Source of the DNA: an uncultured beta proteobacterium
GTDB taxonomy: Bacteria; Pseudomonadota; Gammaproteobacteria; Burkholderiales; Casimicrobiaceae
Direction of reading: 5' to 3'
Assembly: GCA_963739745.1 (NCBI GenBank)
Contig: CAVUCJ010000010.1
Span: 35,983 to 99,982 of the forward strand
DNA length: 64,000 nucleotides
In this document: one piece after another, positions 9,703 to 20,994 of the stretch
Layout: each line of letters begins with the position of its first letter
How positions within the stretch are numbered: position 1 is the stretch's first letter
The notes under the pieces: generated by a model
What the model saw: only the letters and a program-made list of their open reading frames with translations
Database searches by the model: none
What the model was told of the DNA's origin: nothing
Translations under genes and position numbers: made by a program

Positions 9703-10100
9703 ATGCTTTATCTCGTTGATCACCCGGAATTGGCGGCCGATTTCCTTGAGGAACGGTTGGTCGGCAATGAAGGCGTATCGGGGATATCGTTGATCCTGGA
9801 CATCGAGGAGTCCCCATTGAAAGCGATCGTCCAGGGTGAAGGCGTCGCGCTGCGCATGGCAGCTCCAGAGTTTCTGCGGGCGATGCAAGCGAGCCGTAGC
9901 TTCGCGCGCATCCTGAATGCCTATCTCTATTTCCCCATGGGGCAGATTGCCCAGTCCGCGGCCTGCGCGTGATTAAGTGGAAGGCGCTCGAGATGGATCC
10001 TGATGACCCACGACGTGCAGGTACCCCTGCATTCCGATCACTCACCTGGTATATGTTGGAGACGAGCGCAGGCGTGACCGAAGCAGCGGGAAAAGCATCT
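9703..10100 (+). pseudogene. Degraded Crp/Fnr-family regulator
   Basis: LVGNEGVSGISLIL...IAQSAAC, then RWILMTHD and YML..AGVTEAAG in other frames; no N-terminus. Confidence 0.7.
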
Positions 10101-10203
10101 GCCGCGTACGCTGTGGCGGTTCGACTGAATACACTTCGGCGACCCACCGATATAAGGTCGAGGTCTTCCGGTACCGCGCGAACACGTCGTGTGCGGCGGA
10201 CCG

Positions 10204-10668
10204 TCAACGATGGGCGATGAGCGGCAACGGTTCGCGCCGGCTCAGCGCACCATAGGTGGCGCCCAGGACGATTCCATAAATCAGGTGCAGCATTAGCGTG
10301 GCAACGGGCGCCAATGCGCCGAGGTCCCACCCGAAGAAGCCGGCGCCGGCCATAGGCATCACCGCGATCATCATCACGAGCCAGGCGCCCACTGCGAACA
10401 CGATGCCGCGCCACCAGTGCCCGCGGTCGGCTGCGCCAAACATTGCGACATACAGCAGGCCCCAGGCCACGGTGCCGATCAGGAAGTGGGCGAGCCAGCC
10501 GACGGTACGTGAGCCGTTGCCCACCATCTCGCCGAGCATCCGAATGACGTCCAGCTGAGGCAGGACACCCATCCGCGCCTTCAGCATCATCAACGCGGAT
10601 AACGCGGCCGTGGCGATCAGCCCTGCCAGCAGCCCTTTCCAATAGTCGCTTCCACTTGCGGACGTCAT
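10204..10668 (-). CDS. Four-TM membrane protein (DUF6789-like)
   Basis: GWLAHFLIG, MPMAGAGFFG and LMLHLIYG motifs; RBS present. Confidence 0.7.
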   Translation of the reverse strand: MTSASGSDYWKGLLAGLIATAALSALMMLKARMGVLPQLDVIRMLGEMVGNGSRTVGWLAHFLIGTVAWGLLYVAMFGAADRGHWWRGIVFAVGAWLVMMIAVMPMAGAGFFGWDLGALAPVATLMLHLIYGIVLGATYGALSRREPLPLIAHR

Positions 10669-11194
10669 GATCGTCTCCCGGGAAAAAGGCGACTTTGCGC
10701 AGGCGAATCCTCCGTCGCTGCCATTGCGACCTCTGTCGGACGGAGCCTGATTTCACTGCCGGACGTGGCCGCACTGCGCGGCTCGCCGAGCAATCCGATA
10801 CCGGGCTCATCGCTCATCCGACCCTGAGTGAATTGGCAGGCGTCGCCAGGGTCGTGGTTGAATGTCTGAAAGAGGCAGCGGGACAGTGTCACCGGCGCTG
10901 CGCGACTCAAAATCAATGTGGCTGTCTCCGCGAGGCGCGCCGCGGTCGTGGATGGCATGTGCTTCGTGTTCCGCGCGCCCGCCAAGCTGCGATCGTGCGG
11001 ATTGCATCCTTCCACCGCGCCAAGCGCGACCACGCCTGGACCGTACTTCCGCCGAAGGCCGTGGGCGAGACGCATGGGCGCGACCGTTGGCTCGGCAGCG
11101 TTGCGCAGGGCAGCACCGACCATTTCTGCGCGCGGGGCCCATCGCCATGTCTTCCAATGGCTAATGGGCGGCCCGTGCGCATGCTGCCGTTCCT

Positions 11195-11788
11195 TCATCG
11201 ATTCCTGGCACTGGCCTGTTCCGCGCGCGCTGCACCGATGGCTGTGGTCACATGATGTCGCTCCTCCGGAGGTGGCAGCACCGCCTTCATGCCCAGCGAC
11301 GCCATCCACAATTCCCGGCACCAACCCTTGGTGTGGTATAGATGCTCGTCCTCCTCGTCCTCCACCCGCGCACAGGCGGCCTTAAGCACCTTCGCCCGGG
11401 TTCCCGTCAGCTTGGTAGCGCACTTGCCGAGCAATTCCCAGTTGAGATGGTCCTTCGTTTCAGCGGCGACCACCGCCTCGCACGCGACGAGTTCGGCCGC
11501 CTGTGGCTCTGCTGCTGATGCAGCCTCATTCATCGCCTCGACAAGAGCGGCGCCAATGCCCTTGACGATGTCACGACCGGAGGTGTTTTCCTCCGCATCG
11601 ATGCCGAAGGTATCGCACACTTCCTGCAACGCGGCGACGTGAGTTCGCGTTTCCTCCAGATACTTTGTCCATTCCTCCTGCAGGTCGCCATTGACTGCGC
11701 ATTGGATCGCGGTCTCGTAGACTAGAACACCCCCCATTTCGTGCTCCAGCGATTGCAGGATCAGTTCCTTCAGTTGCGTGTCGTTCAT
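11195..11788 (-). CDS. Ferritin-like di-iron protein (DUF892-like)
   Basis: E..E(HEMGG)VY, YLEETRTH, AETKDH and EDEEDEH carboxylate/His pattern; GGAGG RBS. Confidence 0.75.
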   Translation of the reverse strand: MNDTQLKELILQSLEHEMGGVLVYETAIQCAVNGDLQEEWTKYLEETRTHVAALQEVCDTFGIDAEENTSGRDIVKGIGAALVEAMNEAASAAEPQAAELVACEAVVAAETKDHLNWELLGKCATKLTGTRAKVLKAACARVEDEEDEHLYHTKGWCRELWMASLGMKAVLPPPEERHHVTTAIGAARAEQASARNR

Positions 11789-11959
11789 GAAGCCTCCGTT
11801 GAAAAATCGGCCGATCAACGCCCCCGCTTTTTGGCCAAATCTTCCCTTGGCTCGTGCGAAGAGACGACGGGGACGGATTTCCGCACGAGGGTGGTGCGGA
11901 TCGGATGCAATATGGCGGGACCGGACTCGCGCATCTGTCGGAATTTGTCAGGAACTCGA

Positions 11960-11975
11960 GTAGGCGGTTGCCTAC
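11960..11975. promoter_or_regulatory. Palindromic operator GTAGGC-GGTT-GCCTAC
   Basis: Perfect 6-4-6 inverted repeat; minus-strand CATATT starts 61 bp away (11914); gene start at 11788. Confidence 0.65.
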
Positions 11976-12057
11976 AACAGTGGCGGGCCGCATCGCCGCC
12001 CACCTGCGCGGGGCAGGTGCGGATCGAGTGAGCCGGGCCGTGGGCACGCCGCCGCTG

Positions 12058-13299
12058 TTACTGCCCGGTCAGTCTTGGCTTGCCTTCCCCGATTGCCACG
12101 TGTTCCTGCCGAACGCCATATCCGATCAGCCAGGCCGGGATGTTTCGAACTAACCTGTAACCAAGCAACCAGCGCAGCCAGGCCGGAACGCGCGGCGCGT
12201 GCGACCGGTCCAGGGTCTTCGATATCACGCGGTTTTGAGCCTGCACCTGAGCGAACTGGATCAGCCGGGTGGGCAGCATCCGTCGAACTTGCACCGCACG
12301 CAGCGTCGCGGTGTCGATTGAACGGTTGCTTCGGAGCGCCGGCGCCAGCGCATTGGCAGCGGCGACCGCGTCCTGGACCGCCAGGTTAATTCCCACCCCT
12401 CCTATCGGCGACATCGCGTGCGCCGCATCGCCGATAACCAGGAATCCGGGTCGATACCAGCGTTCGAGCCGGTCGACGCGCACTTCCAGCGTCTTGATCT
12501 CGTCCCAGTTCGAGAGGCCTTGTACGCGGTCGGCGAGGAAAGGAGCAAGTCTCGCGACCGAATGGCGAAACCCGTCGACGGGCTGCTCGCGGAGCCGCCG
12601 CGCGCTCCCCTTGGGAACGACATAGGCGATTTGCCAGTAGTCGGTCCGGTTGAGCATCACCATCAGGTGGTTGTTCCCGAGGATGCCGAAGGTGTCCTCG
12701 GAGTCCGCGTCCCGGCGCGGTAGCCGGAACCACAGCACATCCATCGGCGCGTCGAAGTCGATGGCTTTGAGGCCCGCCGATTGGCGCAACGTCGAATGGC
12801 GGCCATCGCAGGCCACCACGACATCCGCGTGCACGGCGTCGCATCCGCCGGGTGCACTGAACCTCACGCCAGTGACTCGCCCGGCGTCTTCAATCAACCC
12901 GATCGCCTCGTGGCGCATGCGCAGGTCGAAGTGCGGATAGCGCTTCCGACCCTCCTCCGCGAGGAGATTCAGGAAGTCCCATTGCGGCACCAGTGACAGG
13001 TACGGGAAGGGCCGCAGGCCGCGAAAATCCACGAGTTGTTGAAGCTGGCCGCCGATCCGCACGCCGAGGTGGTTGACCCTGCGCTGCGGGAGCTTTTCGA
13101 ACTGCGCGCCCAATCCCAGTTCGCCAAGTATGACCAGGGTCGAAGGGTGCACGGTGTCGCCGCGGAAATCGCGCAAAAAATCCTCGTGCTTCTCCAGCAC
13201 GGCGACCGGCACACCGGCGCGCGCGAGCATGTAGCCCAGCATCATTCCAGCGGGGCCGCCGCCGGCAATGCAACAGCGGGGGGGCGTCGTCGTGGCCAT
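12058..13299 (-). CDS. FAD-dependent monooxygenase/oxidoreductase
   Basis: IAGGGPAG, ACDGRHS and GDAAHAMSPIGGVGIN motifs. Confidence 0.9.
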   Translation of the reverse strand: MATTTPPRCCIAGGGPAGMMLGYMLARAGVPVAVLEKHEDFLRDFRGDTVHPSTLVILGELGLGAQFEKLPQRRVNHLGVRIGGQLQQLVDFRGLRPFPYLSLVPQWDFLNLLAEEGRKRYPHFDLRMRHEAIGLIEDAGRVTGVRFSAPGGCDAVHADVVVACDGRHSTLRQSAGLKAIDFDAPMDVLWFRLPRRDADSEDTFGILGNNHLMVMLNRTDYWQIAYVVPKGSARRLREQPVDGFRHSVARLAPFLADRVQGLSNWDEIKTLEVRVDRLERWYRPGFLVIGDAAHAMSPIGGVGINLAVQDAVAAANALAPALRSNRSIDTATLRAVQVRRMLPTRLIQFAQVQAQNRVISKTLDRSHAPRVPAWLRWLLGYRLVRNIPAWLIGYGVRQEHVAIGEGKPRLTGQ

Positions 13300-13416
13300 G
13301 GCGAGGGCAGCGTGTTGCCGTGACGGTGATCGTACAACCACCTGCGCGTGTTCGCCGCTTATGCGTGTCGTTACCTTCCACCAGCCTCGGCGGGCAAGAT
13401 CGGTTTCAGCACCGAT

Positions 13417-13432
13417 GTCCGAAAAATCCTAC
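13417..13432. promoter_or_regulatory. Palindromic operator GTCCGA-AAAA-TCCTAC
   Basis: 1 mismatch to consensus; CAGAAT at 13478 (61 bp); upstream of the tandem PRC gene. Confidence 0.65.
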
Positions 13433-13615
13433 GCCGATCTCGGTCGAAGGGCGACATCCATGGGCGGCCCGCATCGCCAGAATTTGCGTATCGCGGACGC
13501 CCACGGAGTACGGGACACATTCCCGCGGGAAGTTCGGCGGAAAGCTCTGTCGAGTGACCTGATGGCGCCTGAAAAGGGAAAGTCCGACGTCCGATGATCA
13601 ACATAGGAGAATGAA

Positions 13616-14494
13616 ATGAACCTGCTACGCAAACCGAGCTTCACGCTGCTGATGTCAGCAATGGGACTTTCCTTGTCGCTGTCGGCCCACGCGGCCAACA
13701 TGTCGACGGCCGGCAGCAGTATGAACAGGTCCACCGATGCGACGGTATCCAGGACTGCGTCTTCGACTCACGCCATTCGGGCAAGCAAGCTGATCGGAAA
13801 AGATGTGACCAATGCCCAGGGCCAGAACCTCGGCGAAATCGACGACCTGGTCATCGACACCGCAAACGGCAATGTCGACTATGCCGTCCTTTCGTTCGGC
13901 GGGTTGATGGGGCTGGGCGACAAGCTTTTCGCCTATCCGCTGGAACAGTTCAAGTCAGGCGTGGGCAAAGACGGGGACAAGCTGGTGCTGAACGTCGACA
14001 AGAAGATGCTGGAAGGCGCGCCGGGCTTTGAGAAGAAGAACTGGCCCGACTTCAACAAGGGCGACTATCGCACGCGCGTGGACGAGTACCATCACGCCCG
14101 GGCGCGCGCGGCGCACCCGCGCTATGTCCGCGCCAGCGAAATGCTCAATGGCGACGTCAAGGATTCCAAGCGGAAGGACATCGGCGACATCGATGATGTA
14201 GTGGTCGATCTTTCCAGCGGAAAGGTGGAATATGTCGTCGTGGAGTTCGATCGGGCTTGGAATCCGTTCGACAAGCTGGTCGCGATGCCCTTGCGCGTGT
14301 TGACTTCCGAAGACCGCGATGGCACCGACCTCGTCTATTCGGCCAGCCGCGACGAATTGAAGAGTGCGCCGGCCTTCAAGAAGAGCGACTGGCCCGACCT
14401 CGCGAACGACAGCCGGTTCCGCAATGATGTCAATCGTTGGGACAAGCGCTGGAAGGCGCCGCCGCAAAAGGTCAGCCAGACAGCGCCGCGCTGA
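13616..14494 (+). CDS. Secreted tandem PRC-barrel protein
   Basis: Signal peptide; two RASxLxG...(L/I)G(E/D)IDD(L/V)V(I/V)D repeats. Confidence 0.88.
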   Translation: MNLLRKPSFTLLMSAMGLSLSLSAHAANMSTAGSSMNRSTDATVSRTASSTHAIRASKLIGKDVTNAQGQNLGEIDDLVIDTANGNVDYAVLSFGGLMGLGDKLFAYPLEQFKSGVGKDGDKLVLNVDKKMLEGAPGFEKKNWPDFNKGDYRTRVDEYHHARARAAHPRYVRASEMLNGDVKDSKRKDIGDIDDVVVDLSSGKVEYVVVEFDRAWNPFDKLVAMPLRVLTSEDRDGTDLVYSASRDELKSAPAFKKSDWPDLANDSRFRNDVNRWDKRWKAPPQKVSQTAPR

Positions 14495-14827
14495 CAAATC
14501 ACACGGCTGGTGGCTGTGGTCATCCTGCCGCTGCCGGCTGACTTGCGATCGGTCCGGGGCGATTCTTCGATCGTCCCGGACGTTTGTCGATGGTTCGAGC
14601 CGCGCGACCGCGCTGCGTGCGCAGGGACAGGAAACGCAAGTCCGGCGTCAGCCGATGATCGCGCATTGCCGGGTACCGGCGTCGCTGCGGACAAGGGGGG
14701 AACCGTCGATTCTTCTCGCGCCCGGACATGCGCGATTGCGCGGCGGCTGCAAAAGACGCGCGAAATGTTGACGCGAAGACGAAGGCGCGGCCGGCACCCT
14801 GCTGCAGGCGGTCCGGCCGCGAGGTGC

Positions 14828-15334
14828 TCAGACTACGTTCGAATCGCCCTGCGGGCCCGGGCGGTTGCGCAGGTCGCCGGTGGCCCGGTAATCCTCTGTC
14901 CAGTAGGGACGGGTGTTGTAGTAGGAATGCACGCTGGTCGCCCACTCCGCATCCGCCATCGACGGCCAGTGGTCCTTGTCGAATCCGGGCGCGCTATCGA
15001 GCCGTTCCTTGGGGACATCGAGAATGAAGCATTCGTTGTCGGTATCCAGCGTGAGCGCCGACCACGGAACGGCGAACAGCTTGTCGCCCATTCCAAGAAA
15101 GCCGCCGAAGGACAAGACAGCGTACGCGATTCTTCCGCCCGTGACGTCGAGCATGATCGCCTCGATCTTGCCCAGATCTTCGCCGGTACTGTTGACGACG
15201 GAGTCTCCACTCAGCGTGGCGGCATCCATGACTTGCGGGCCGGGGCCGTCGCTGTTGCGCGCGCCGTCACCGACAATGGAAGCCCCGCCGGAAGGCCGCG
15301 TGCCGCCGTTCGGATAGTAAGTGCTTGTGCCCAT
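14828..15334 (-). CDS. PRC-barrel protein
   Basis: MDAATLSGDSVVNSTGEDLGKIEAIMLD...YAVLSFGGFLGMGDKLFAVPW. Confidence 0.9.
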   Translation of the reverse strand: MGTSTYYPNGGTRPSGGASIVGDGARNSDGPGPQVMDAATLSGDSVVNSTGEDLGKIEAIMLDVTGGRIAYAVLSFGGFLGMGDKLFAVPWSALTLDTDNECFILDVPKERLDSAPGFDKDHWPSMADAEWATSVHSYYNTRPYWTEDYRATGDLRNRPGPQGDSNVV

Positions 15335-15747
15335 GCAGTTCTCCTGAAGGTTGAGTCGTTGCGGGACGGGGCCCCGTCAGCCGTTGGTCGCATGTCTTCG
15401 CGCCTTCGTGCGCAATGCCATCGCCTCGCTGGCAGCCAGGAACCTCGTTCGTGGAATGGCGACGCGTTCGAAGGACGCGATGCGCAACCACCCGCGCATG
15501 ATCGCAAAGGTGCAAAGATCCGCATGTCGGATTTCACGGATTTCATCGTAGGACACCATCCACTATTCACCCCATCATCGCCGCGGACATCGGATCGACG
15601 TCTTACGTCGAAGTCGTTCGGACGGAGGCTGCGGGCATCGCGCGCCACCCGCGATCATGCGACCGGGCGGGAACAGTGGGCGAGGCCCGTGCAGTCGGCC
15701 CGACGCAAGCTGCGCGGAGCCGCCAACGTCGCGCAGGTAGGAACGTG

Positions 15748-16230
15748 ATGCCGCAATGGTGGTTGGAGATCGTGTCCACCGTCCGCGACGAATTGTCGGA
15801 CGTTGCCGACCTTTCGGAGTTCACCCGTATCGTCTTCCGGCTGACCGTTGCAGTCGTTCTTGGTGCGGCAATCGGATACGACCGCGAGCGTCATGAGCGC
15901 CCCGCGGGCCTGCGCACCCATATGCTCGTCGCTTTGGGCGCCGCGACGTTCGTCCTCGTTCCCGTTCTTTCCGGTCACTCGCCCGATCAGATGGGCCGAA
16001 TCATCCAAGGCATCATTGCTGGCATCGGCTTCCTGGGTGCGGGAACCATTCTCAAGCTCGATTCGCGGCAGAAGGTGCGCGGGCTGACGACCGCCGCCAG
16101 CATATGGGCGACCGCGTCGATCGCCGTAGCGGTGGGGCTGGGCCACCTGGTGATGGCGATGCTGGCGACGGCGCTTGCGCTGGTGGTCCTCGCGGTCCTG
16201 CCATATCTCGAGTCAAGGAAGTATCCATAG
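15748..16230 (+). CDS. MgtC/SapB family membrane protein
   Basis: IGYDRE...PAGLRTHMLV, GIGFLGAGTI and GLTTAASIW motifs. Confidence 0.9.
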   Translation: MPQWWLEIVSTVRDELSDVADLSEFTRIVFRLTVAVVLGAAIGYDRERHERPAGLRTHMLVALGAATFVLVPVLSGHSPDQMGRIIQGIIAGIGFLGAGTILKLDSRQKVRGLTTAASIWATASIAVAVGLGHLVMAMLATALALVVLAVLPYLESRKYP

Positions 16231-16286
16231 GCGCCGCCGATCGGGCGGATCGCCGCCACCTTGGAGGCGGATCGTCCATCGCCGTT

Positions 16287-16559
16287 TCAGGACATGCGCG
16301 TAACGAAATCCGCAAGACCGAGACCGACGAGCAGCGACAGCCACAGCAACCCGGCAACCGCGGCAATCCGGACGACTGTCGCACTTCGTCCGATGCGCAT
16401 AAACACGAGCAGGACGAGCGCCGCCTTGACGCCGGCGATGCCGAAATTGCTGACGGGATTCGCCAAGCCCATGTCGACCAGGGAGCTTGCCGCGGACAGC
16501 GCCAGCAGTGCCAGCAGCGCGAGCCACGTCAGCAGCAAGTTACGAAGTGCAGGTTTCAT
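16287..16559 (-). CDS. Cytochrome c oxidase subunit IV (caa3 type)
   Basis: Three TM helices, IAGVKAALVLLVFM; ATGA overlap with subunit III. Confidence 0.8.
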   Translation of the reverse strand: MKPALRNLLLTWLALLALLALSAASSLVDMGLANPVSNFGIAGVKAALVLLVFMRIGRSATVVRIAAVAGLLWLSLLVGLGLADFVTRMS

Positions 16560-17221
16560 GAGCGGGCGATGAGGTAGAGGCTGGGATAGAGAAAGATCCA
16601 CACGATATCCACGTAATGCCAGTAGAGTCCCGCCATCTCGATCGAGGTCGGCGTCTGCACAGCGAAGCCGCGGTGCGCTAGCCGTGCGCCGAAGAACCCG
16701 ATGAGCAGGATGCCGATCGACACATGCACGGCATGGAAGCCGGTCATGACGAAATACAGCCAGAAGAAGAGCTCCGCTCCCTGCCGGTACTGGGCGGGAG
16801 CAAACTGGAAATCGAGGGATGGCACGAGGTGGTCGACGTAATCGGCCCGATACTCGAAGCCCTTGATCGCCAGGAAGACCAGACCGAGCGACACGGTCGC
16901 GGCCATGTAGACTGCGGCGACGCGGCGCATCCGCAGGCCCGTTGCCCTGACGGAAAGCGCCATCATCAGGCTGCTGGTAAGCAGGACGGCGGTATTGGCC
17001 GTTCCTAAAACTAGGTCGGTGTGCCGGCCGGCGGCGGCAAAGGCGTCGGGAAAGCGCAGGCGGGCAACCAGATAGGCGAAGAAGAGCACTCCGAAGAACA
17101 ACGTTTCGCTCGTCAGGAATACCCACATGCCGAGGTCGGAGGCCGCGTGAGCCTGCCGCGGGTCCGAGAACGGTTCGGACGCAGGAACTTCCGGCGAGGT
17201 GGGTAGTGCCTGCGCCATCAT
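16556..17221 (-). CDS. ctaE: Cytochrome c oxidase subunit III
   Basis: GMWVFLTSETLFF, MTGFHAVHV and GLYWHYVD motifs. Confidence 0.92.
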   Translation of the reverse strand: MMAQALPTSPEVPASEPFSDPRQAHAASDLGMWVFLTSETLFFGVLFFAYLVARLRFPDAFAAAGRHTDLVLGTANTAVLLTSSLMMALSVRATGLRMRRVAAVYMAATVSLGLVFLAIKGFEYRADYVDHLVPSLDFQFAPAQYRQGAELFFWLYFVMTGFHAVHVSIGILLIGFFGARLAHRGFAVQTPTSIEMAGLYWHYVDIVWIFLYPSLYLIARS

Positions 17222-18852
17222 CAGGCCTTGGATTGGTGGCCTTCACTGCGCGGTGCCGGCAACGGGTAGGCATAGGGTTCTTCCGTCACCTGCGGCGCGC
17301 GCTCGAAATTTTCCACCGGCGGCGGCGAGGCTGTCGTCCATTCGAGACCCGTCGCCCGCCAAGGGTTGGCCGGCGCGCGCAGTCCCCAGCGCAGCGACCA
17401 GCCGAGGTAGCAAAGCGGTAGTAAGTAGCCTATCGCCAGGATCACTGCGCCGGCAGACGAGAAGTCATGCAGCATCTGGAATTCGGGAGCGTACTCGTAA
17501 TAGCGCCGAGGCATGCCGGCCATGCCAAGCAGGTACTGCGGGAAGAAGGTGAAATTGAAGCCGAGGAACAGGAGCACCGCGGCGAACTGCGCCCACTTCT
17601 CCGGATACAGGCGCCCGGTGATTTTCGGCCACCAGAAGTGAATGCCGCCGATATAGGCCGATACCGAGCCGCCGACCATGATGTAATGGAAATGGGCGAC
17701 GACGAAGTAGGTGTCGGTGAGTTGCACGTCCAGCGCAAGCGCCGCCAGAAATAGCCCGCTCATGCCGCCGAACATGAACAGTCCGATGAATCCCAACGCG
17801 TAGAGCATAGGTGCCTCGAACGAAATCGTTCCCTTGTACAACGTCGCGGTCCAGTTGAACACCTTGATCGCCGAAGGAATCGCTACGATGAAGCTCAGCA
17901 GTGAGAAGATCATGCCCGAATAGAGCGACTGCCCCGATACGAACATGTGATGCCCCCACACCAGGAAGCCGATCACGGCGATCGCGATAATCGCGTAGGC
18001 CATCGAGCGATAGCCGAACACCGTGTTGCGCGTGAAGCACGCGAGAATCTCGCTGACGATGCCCATCGCCGGGAGGATCATGATGTAGACGGCGGGGTGC
18101 GAGTAGAACCAGAAGAGATGCTGGAAGAGCAACGGGTCGCCACCGAGCGCCGGGTCGAAGATCCCGACGTGAAGAAGGCGTTCGATCGCGAGTAGCGTCA
18201 GCGTCATCGCCAGCACCGGCGTGGCCAGCACCAGGATGATGCTCGTCGCGTAGTGCGCCCAGACGAAGAGCGGCAAACGGAACCAGGTCATGCCCGGCGC
18301 GCGCAGCTTGTGAACGGTGACTATGAAGTTAAGTCCGGTGAGTATCGACGAGAAGCCGGCGATGAAGACGCCGGTGATCACCGCGATCACATGTGTGTTC
18401 GAGAACATCGTCGAGAACGGCGTGTAGAAGGTCCAGCCGGTATCGACCCCGCCGAGAAAGAGCGCGCCGAGTGTGAAGGTGCCTCCCGCGACATAGAGGT
18501 ACCAGCTCGCCAGGTTCAGGCGCGGGAACGCGAGATCGCGCGCACCGATCATCAGCGGAATGAGGAAATTGCCCAGCGTCGCCGGAATCGACGGAATGAG
18601 GAAGAACCAGACCATGATCACGCCGTGCATGGTGAAAAGCTTGTTGTAGGTCTCGGCCGAGACCAGGTCCCCGGCGGGCGTGGCGAGCTCGATGCGGATC
18701 AGCGCGGCCGCTACGCCTCCGACGAAGAAGAAGGCGGTAATCGAAATTGCATACAGAATCGCGATGCGCTTGTGGTCGTGGGTCGAAAGCCACGACCACA
18801 GCGTTGTCCCGGCGGCAAGGTAGTTGGTGCGCTCGCGTGCGGCGTTTATCAT
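17221..18852 (-). CDS. ctaD: Cytochrome c oxidase subunit I, type A2
   Basis: [10 protein letters not shown] (YS motif of A2 enzymes), WGHHM and AHFHY heme/CuB ligands. Confidence 0.95.
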   Translation of the reverse strand: MINAARERTNYLAAGTTLWSWLSTHDHKRIAILYAISITAFFFVGGVAAALIRIELATPAGDLVSAETYNKLFTMHGVIMVWFFLIPSIPATLGNFLIPLMIGARDLAFPRLNLASWYLYVAGGTFTLGALFLGGVDTGWTFYTPFSTMFSNTHVIAVITGVFIAGFSSILTGLNFIVTVHKLRAPGMTWFRLPLFVWAHYATSIILVLATPVLAMTLTLLAIERLLHVGIFDPALGGDPLLFQHLFWFYSHPAVYIMILPAMGIVSEILACFTRNTVFGYRSMAYAIIAIAVIGFLVWGHHMFVSGQSLYSGMIFSLLSFIVAIPSAIKVFNWTATLYKGTISFEAPMLYALGFIGLFMFGGMSGLFLAALALDVQLTDTYFVVAHFHYIMVGGSVSAYIGGIHFWWPKITGRLYPEKWAQFAAVLLFLGFNFTFFPQYLLGMAGMPRRYYEYAPEFQMLHDFSSAGAVILAIGYLLPLCYLGWSLRWGLRAPANPWRATGLEWTTASPPPVENFERAPQVTEEPYAYPLPAPRSEGHQSKA

Positions 18853-19805
18853 CGTGACCCCGGCTTCTGCGCGCTGAGGTTGCGGATATAGGCGAGGAGA
18901 TCGAGTAGATCGTCCTCGGAAATCTGCCCGGCGAACGACGGCATGATTGGCGCGTATCCGGCCGCCACTTCGCGGGCGGGCAGCAGGATCGAATCGCGGA
19001 TGTAACGGTCGTCCGCGACCACCATTTGTCCGTTGCTCAGCGGCACCGGCCGCCCGTAGAGGCCTTCGAGCGAGGGCGCATGGACCGCGGCGTTGCGCCC
19101 GTGGCAGCCGCTGCATCCGAACTGGCGGAACAGCGCCTCGCCGCGCGCGGCCATCGTCGAGCCTGAATCGTTCCGGTCGAGCCAGCGCTGGAACTCGACC
19201 GGACTCTGGACGACGATCCGGCCGGACATGCGCGAATGGTCGGTTCCGCAGTACTCGGCGCAGAACAAGTGAAAGACGCCGGTGCGCGTGGCGGTGAACC
19301 ACAGCACCGTGTAGCGACCGGGAAGGACGTCCTGCTTCAGACGAAACGCCGGGACGAAGAAGCTGTGGATGACGTCCTGCGAAGTCATTACCAGCTTGAC
19401 TGGCACGTCCACCGGGACATGCAGTTCGTTGATCTCGCGCTGGCCGCCCGCATGCTGCAGCTTCCACATCCACTGCTTGGCCACCACCGAGATCTCGAGC
19501 GCGTTGTCCGGCGGCAGCGCCTGGTCGAAATACAGCGCGGCGGCCCAAACGAACACGACGATGAACAGCACCATCGGAACCGCGATCCACGTCAGTTCGA
19601 TCCGACGGCGCCGCCGCAACCGCACCCGCTCCGGCGCGCGCTCGCGGTTGACGTCGGCGTTTTTTCGGTAGCGCAGCGAGAACACGATCAGCAGGACGAT
19701 GATCACCAGCGCGACCGTTCCGGTCAGCAGCGTCATCGCCGCGAACAGCAGGTCGACGCGCCCCGCGAGCGCGGATGCCGGTTCGGGAACGAAGGGCAGC
19801 TTCAT
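18849..19805 (-). CDS. ctaC: Cytochrome c oxidase subunit II with fused cytochrome c (caa3)
   Basis: DVIHSF and [12 protein letters not shown] (CuA), plus C-terminal CSGCH heme site. Confidence 0.93.
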   Translation of the reverse strand: MKLPFVPEPASALAGRVDLLFAAMTLLTGTVALVIIVLLIVFSLRYRKNADVNRERAPERVRLRRRRRIELTWIAVPMVLFIVVFVWAAALYFDQALPPDNALEISVVAKQWMWKLQHAGGQREINELHVPVDVPVKLVMTSQDVIHSFFVPAFRLKQDVLPGRYTVLWFTATRTGVFHLFCAEYCGTDHSRMSGRIVVQSPVEFQRWLDRNDSGSTMAARGEALFRQFGCSGCHGRNAAVHAPSLEGLYGRPVPLSNGQMVVADDRYIRDSILLPAREVAAGYAPIMPSFAGQISEDDLLDLLAYIRNLSAQKPGSR

Positions 19806-20611
19806 GGCCGGGATCGCGGCGATCGCCGCCGGCGCTGCACGATGACGACGAGGCCCAGGAGCGCCACGGCCGTGCAGAGGCCCACGGCCCGCGCGGCGGT
19901 TTCGACGGTCGCCGAAAACCGGCCGGTCGCGGGATCGTAGTGCAGGCAGAGCAGCAGCAGCGATCGAATCGGCGCGGCAATGCGGCCGGCGCCGGCGTCG
20001 ACGATGCCTTGGCGCAGCGCGTCGGGAGGGAAATCGACGCCGAAGAAATAGCGGGCGACGCTGCCCTCGGGCGTCACGATGACTATCCCGGCCGGATGGG
20101 CGAATTGACGTTGCACGGGGTCGAACGCGTAGCGGAATCCGACCGTGTCCGTGAGGCGGGCGATGGCGCCTTCGCCGCCCGACAGGAAATGCCAACCGCG
20201 GACCGGCGCCGGCCGAGGAGGCGTGTCCGGCGGCGCGCGCTGCGCTTGGCGCGCCATTATGGCTTCGCGGTCGCGGGGATCGATGCTGACGGCGAGAACA
20301 TCGTAATCCTCGCCCGCTGTCAGGTCGATCGCGCGCAGGCTGGCGGTCAGCGACTCGCGGACGGCGCTGCACAGATTCGGGCACTGGTTGTACCCCAACA
20401 GCAGCACGACCGGCCGGAGCCCGAAGTACGACGACAGCGGCGCGCTCGCTCCACCCTCGTCGATGAAGCGCGTGGCAAGTGGCAGCTTGGCGTCGAGGTG
20501 CTGGTCGAAGCCTACCCGCGTGAGTTCCGTTGGCGCCTGTCCAACGGCGAGCGCCAGCAGCGGGATGAACGCGAGCGCACCGGCGCCAAGATGCATGCGG
20601 TGCGCGTTCAT
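19802..20611 (-). CDS. SCO family copper chaperone
   Basis: YNQCPNLC motif, FAHPAG and C-terminal LCLHYDP..G; 4-nt overlaps on both sides. Confidence 0.85.
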   Translation of the reverse strand: MNAHRMHLGAGALAFIPLLALAVGQAPTELTRVGFDQHLDAKLPLATRFIDEGGASAPLSSYFGLRPVVLLLGYNQCPNLCSAVRESLTASLRAIDLTAGEDYDVLAVSIDPRDREAIMARQAQRAPPDTPPRPAPVRGWHFLSGGEGAIARLTDTVGFRYAFDPVQRQFAHPAGIVIVTPEGSVARYFFGVDFPPDALRQGIVDAGAGRIAAPIRSLLLLCLHYDPATGRFSATVETAARAVGLCTAVALLGLVVIVQRRRRSPRSRP

Positions 20612-20994
20612 TGGCCGCCCGCTCGGTTTTCGACCTCGACCAGGCGCCGCATCGCCCGGTCGATCGGGATGCGGATCACGCCCGCCGTCCGGTCGAGCCA
20701 ACGGTACTCGTCCAGCAGGCGGCGCTTCTCGGTCCGAAGCGCTTGCAGGTTCTCGGCGGGCCGCGGTTCGAGCGCCGGGCCTGTGACCGCCGGAGGGCGC
20801 TGCGCCTGCGGTCGCGCCGGACCGCGGTCGAGCCAGTCGACCAGCCCGCGACCCAGCCACGCCGACGCGAGGCCGACCAGGATCAGCGCCGCCACGAGAC
20901 CCAGCGCCGCGATCGTCAGGCGCGTCGCGTCGACGGCGTCGGCCTGGTAGCCGCGCGCGCCGCGCGCCGTCGGGGTCGGATCGGGGTCAGCCAT
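20608..20994 (-). CDS. ActG-like small single-TM subunit of the ACIII cluster
   Basis: One TM helix plus YRWLDRTAGVIRIPIDRAM; lies between actF and SCO. Confidence 0.6.
   Translation of the reverse strand: MADPDPTPTARGARGYQADAVDATRLTIAALGLVAALILVGLASAWLGRGLVDWLDRGPARPQAQRPPAVTGPALEPRPAENLQALRTEKRRLLDEYRWLDRTAGVIRIPIDRAMRRLVEVENRAGGQ

Noticed and set aside
9056-10810. 584-aa minus-strand ORF
   Set aside because: It overlaps recognisable genes and remnants, has an Arg/Ala/Pro-rich shadow composition and carries no motifs.
15526-15563. Half-sites GTCGGA and GTAGGA plus a CGGATTTCA tandem repeat between the PRC and MgtC genes
   Set aside because: The partner half-sites do not match. It may belong to the regulon, but I did not count it.
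17221-19980. 919-aa ORF read as a giant oxidase subunit I
   Set aside because: The upstream 376 codons overlap subunit II in another frame. The real start is about 18852, with an ATGA overlap.
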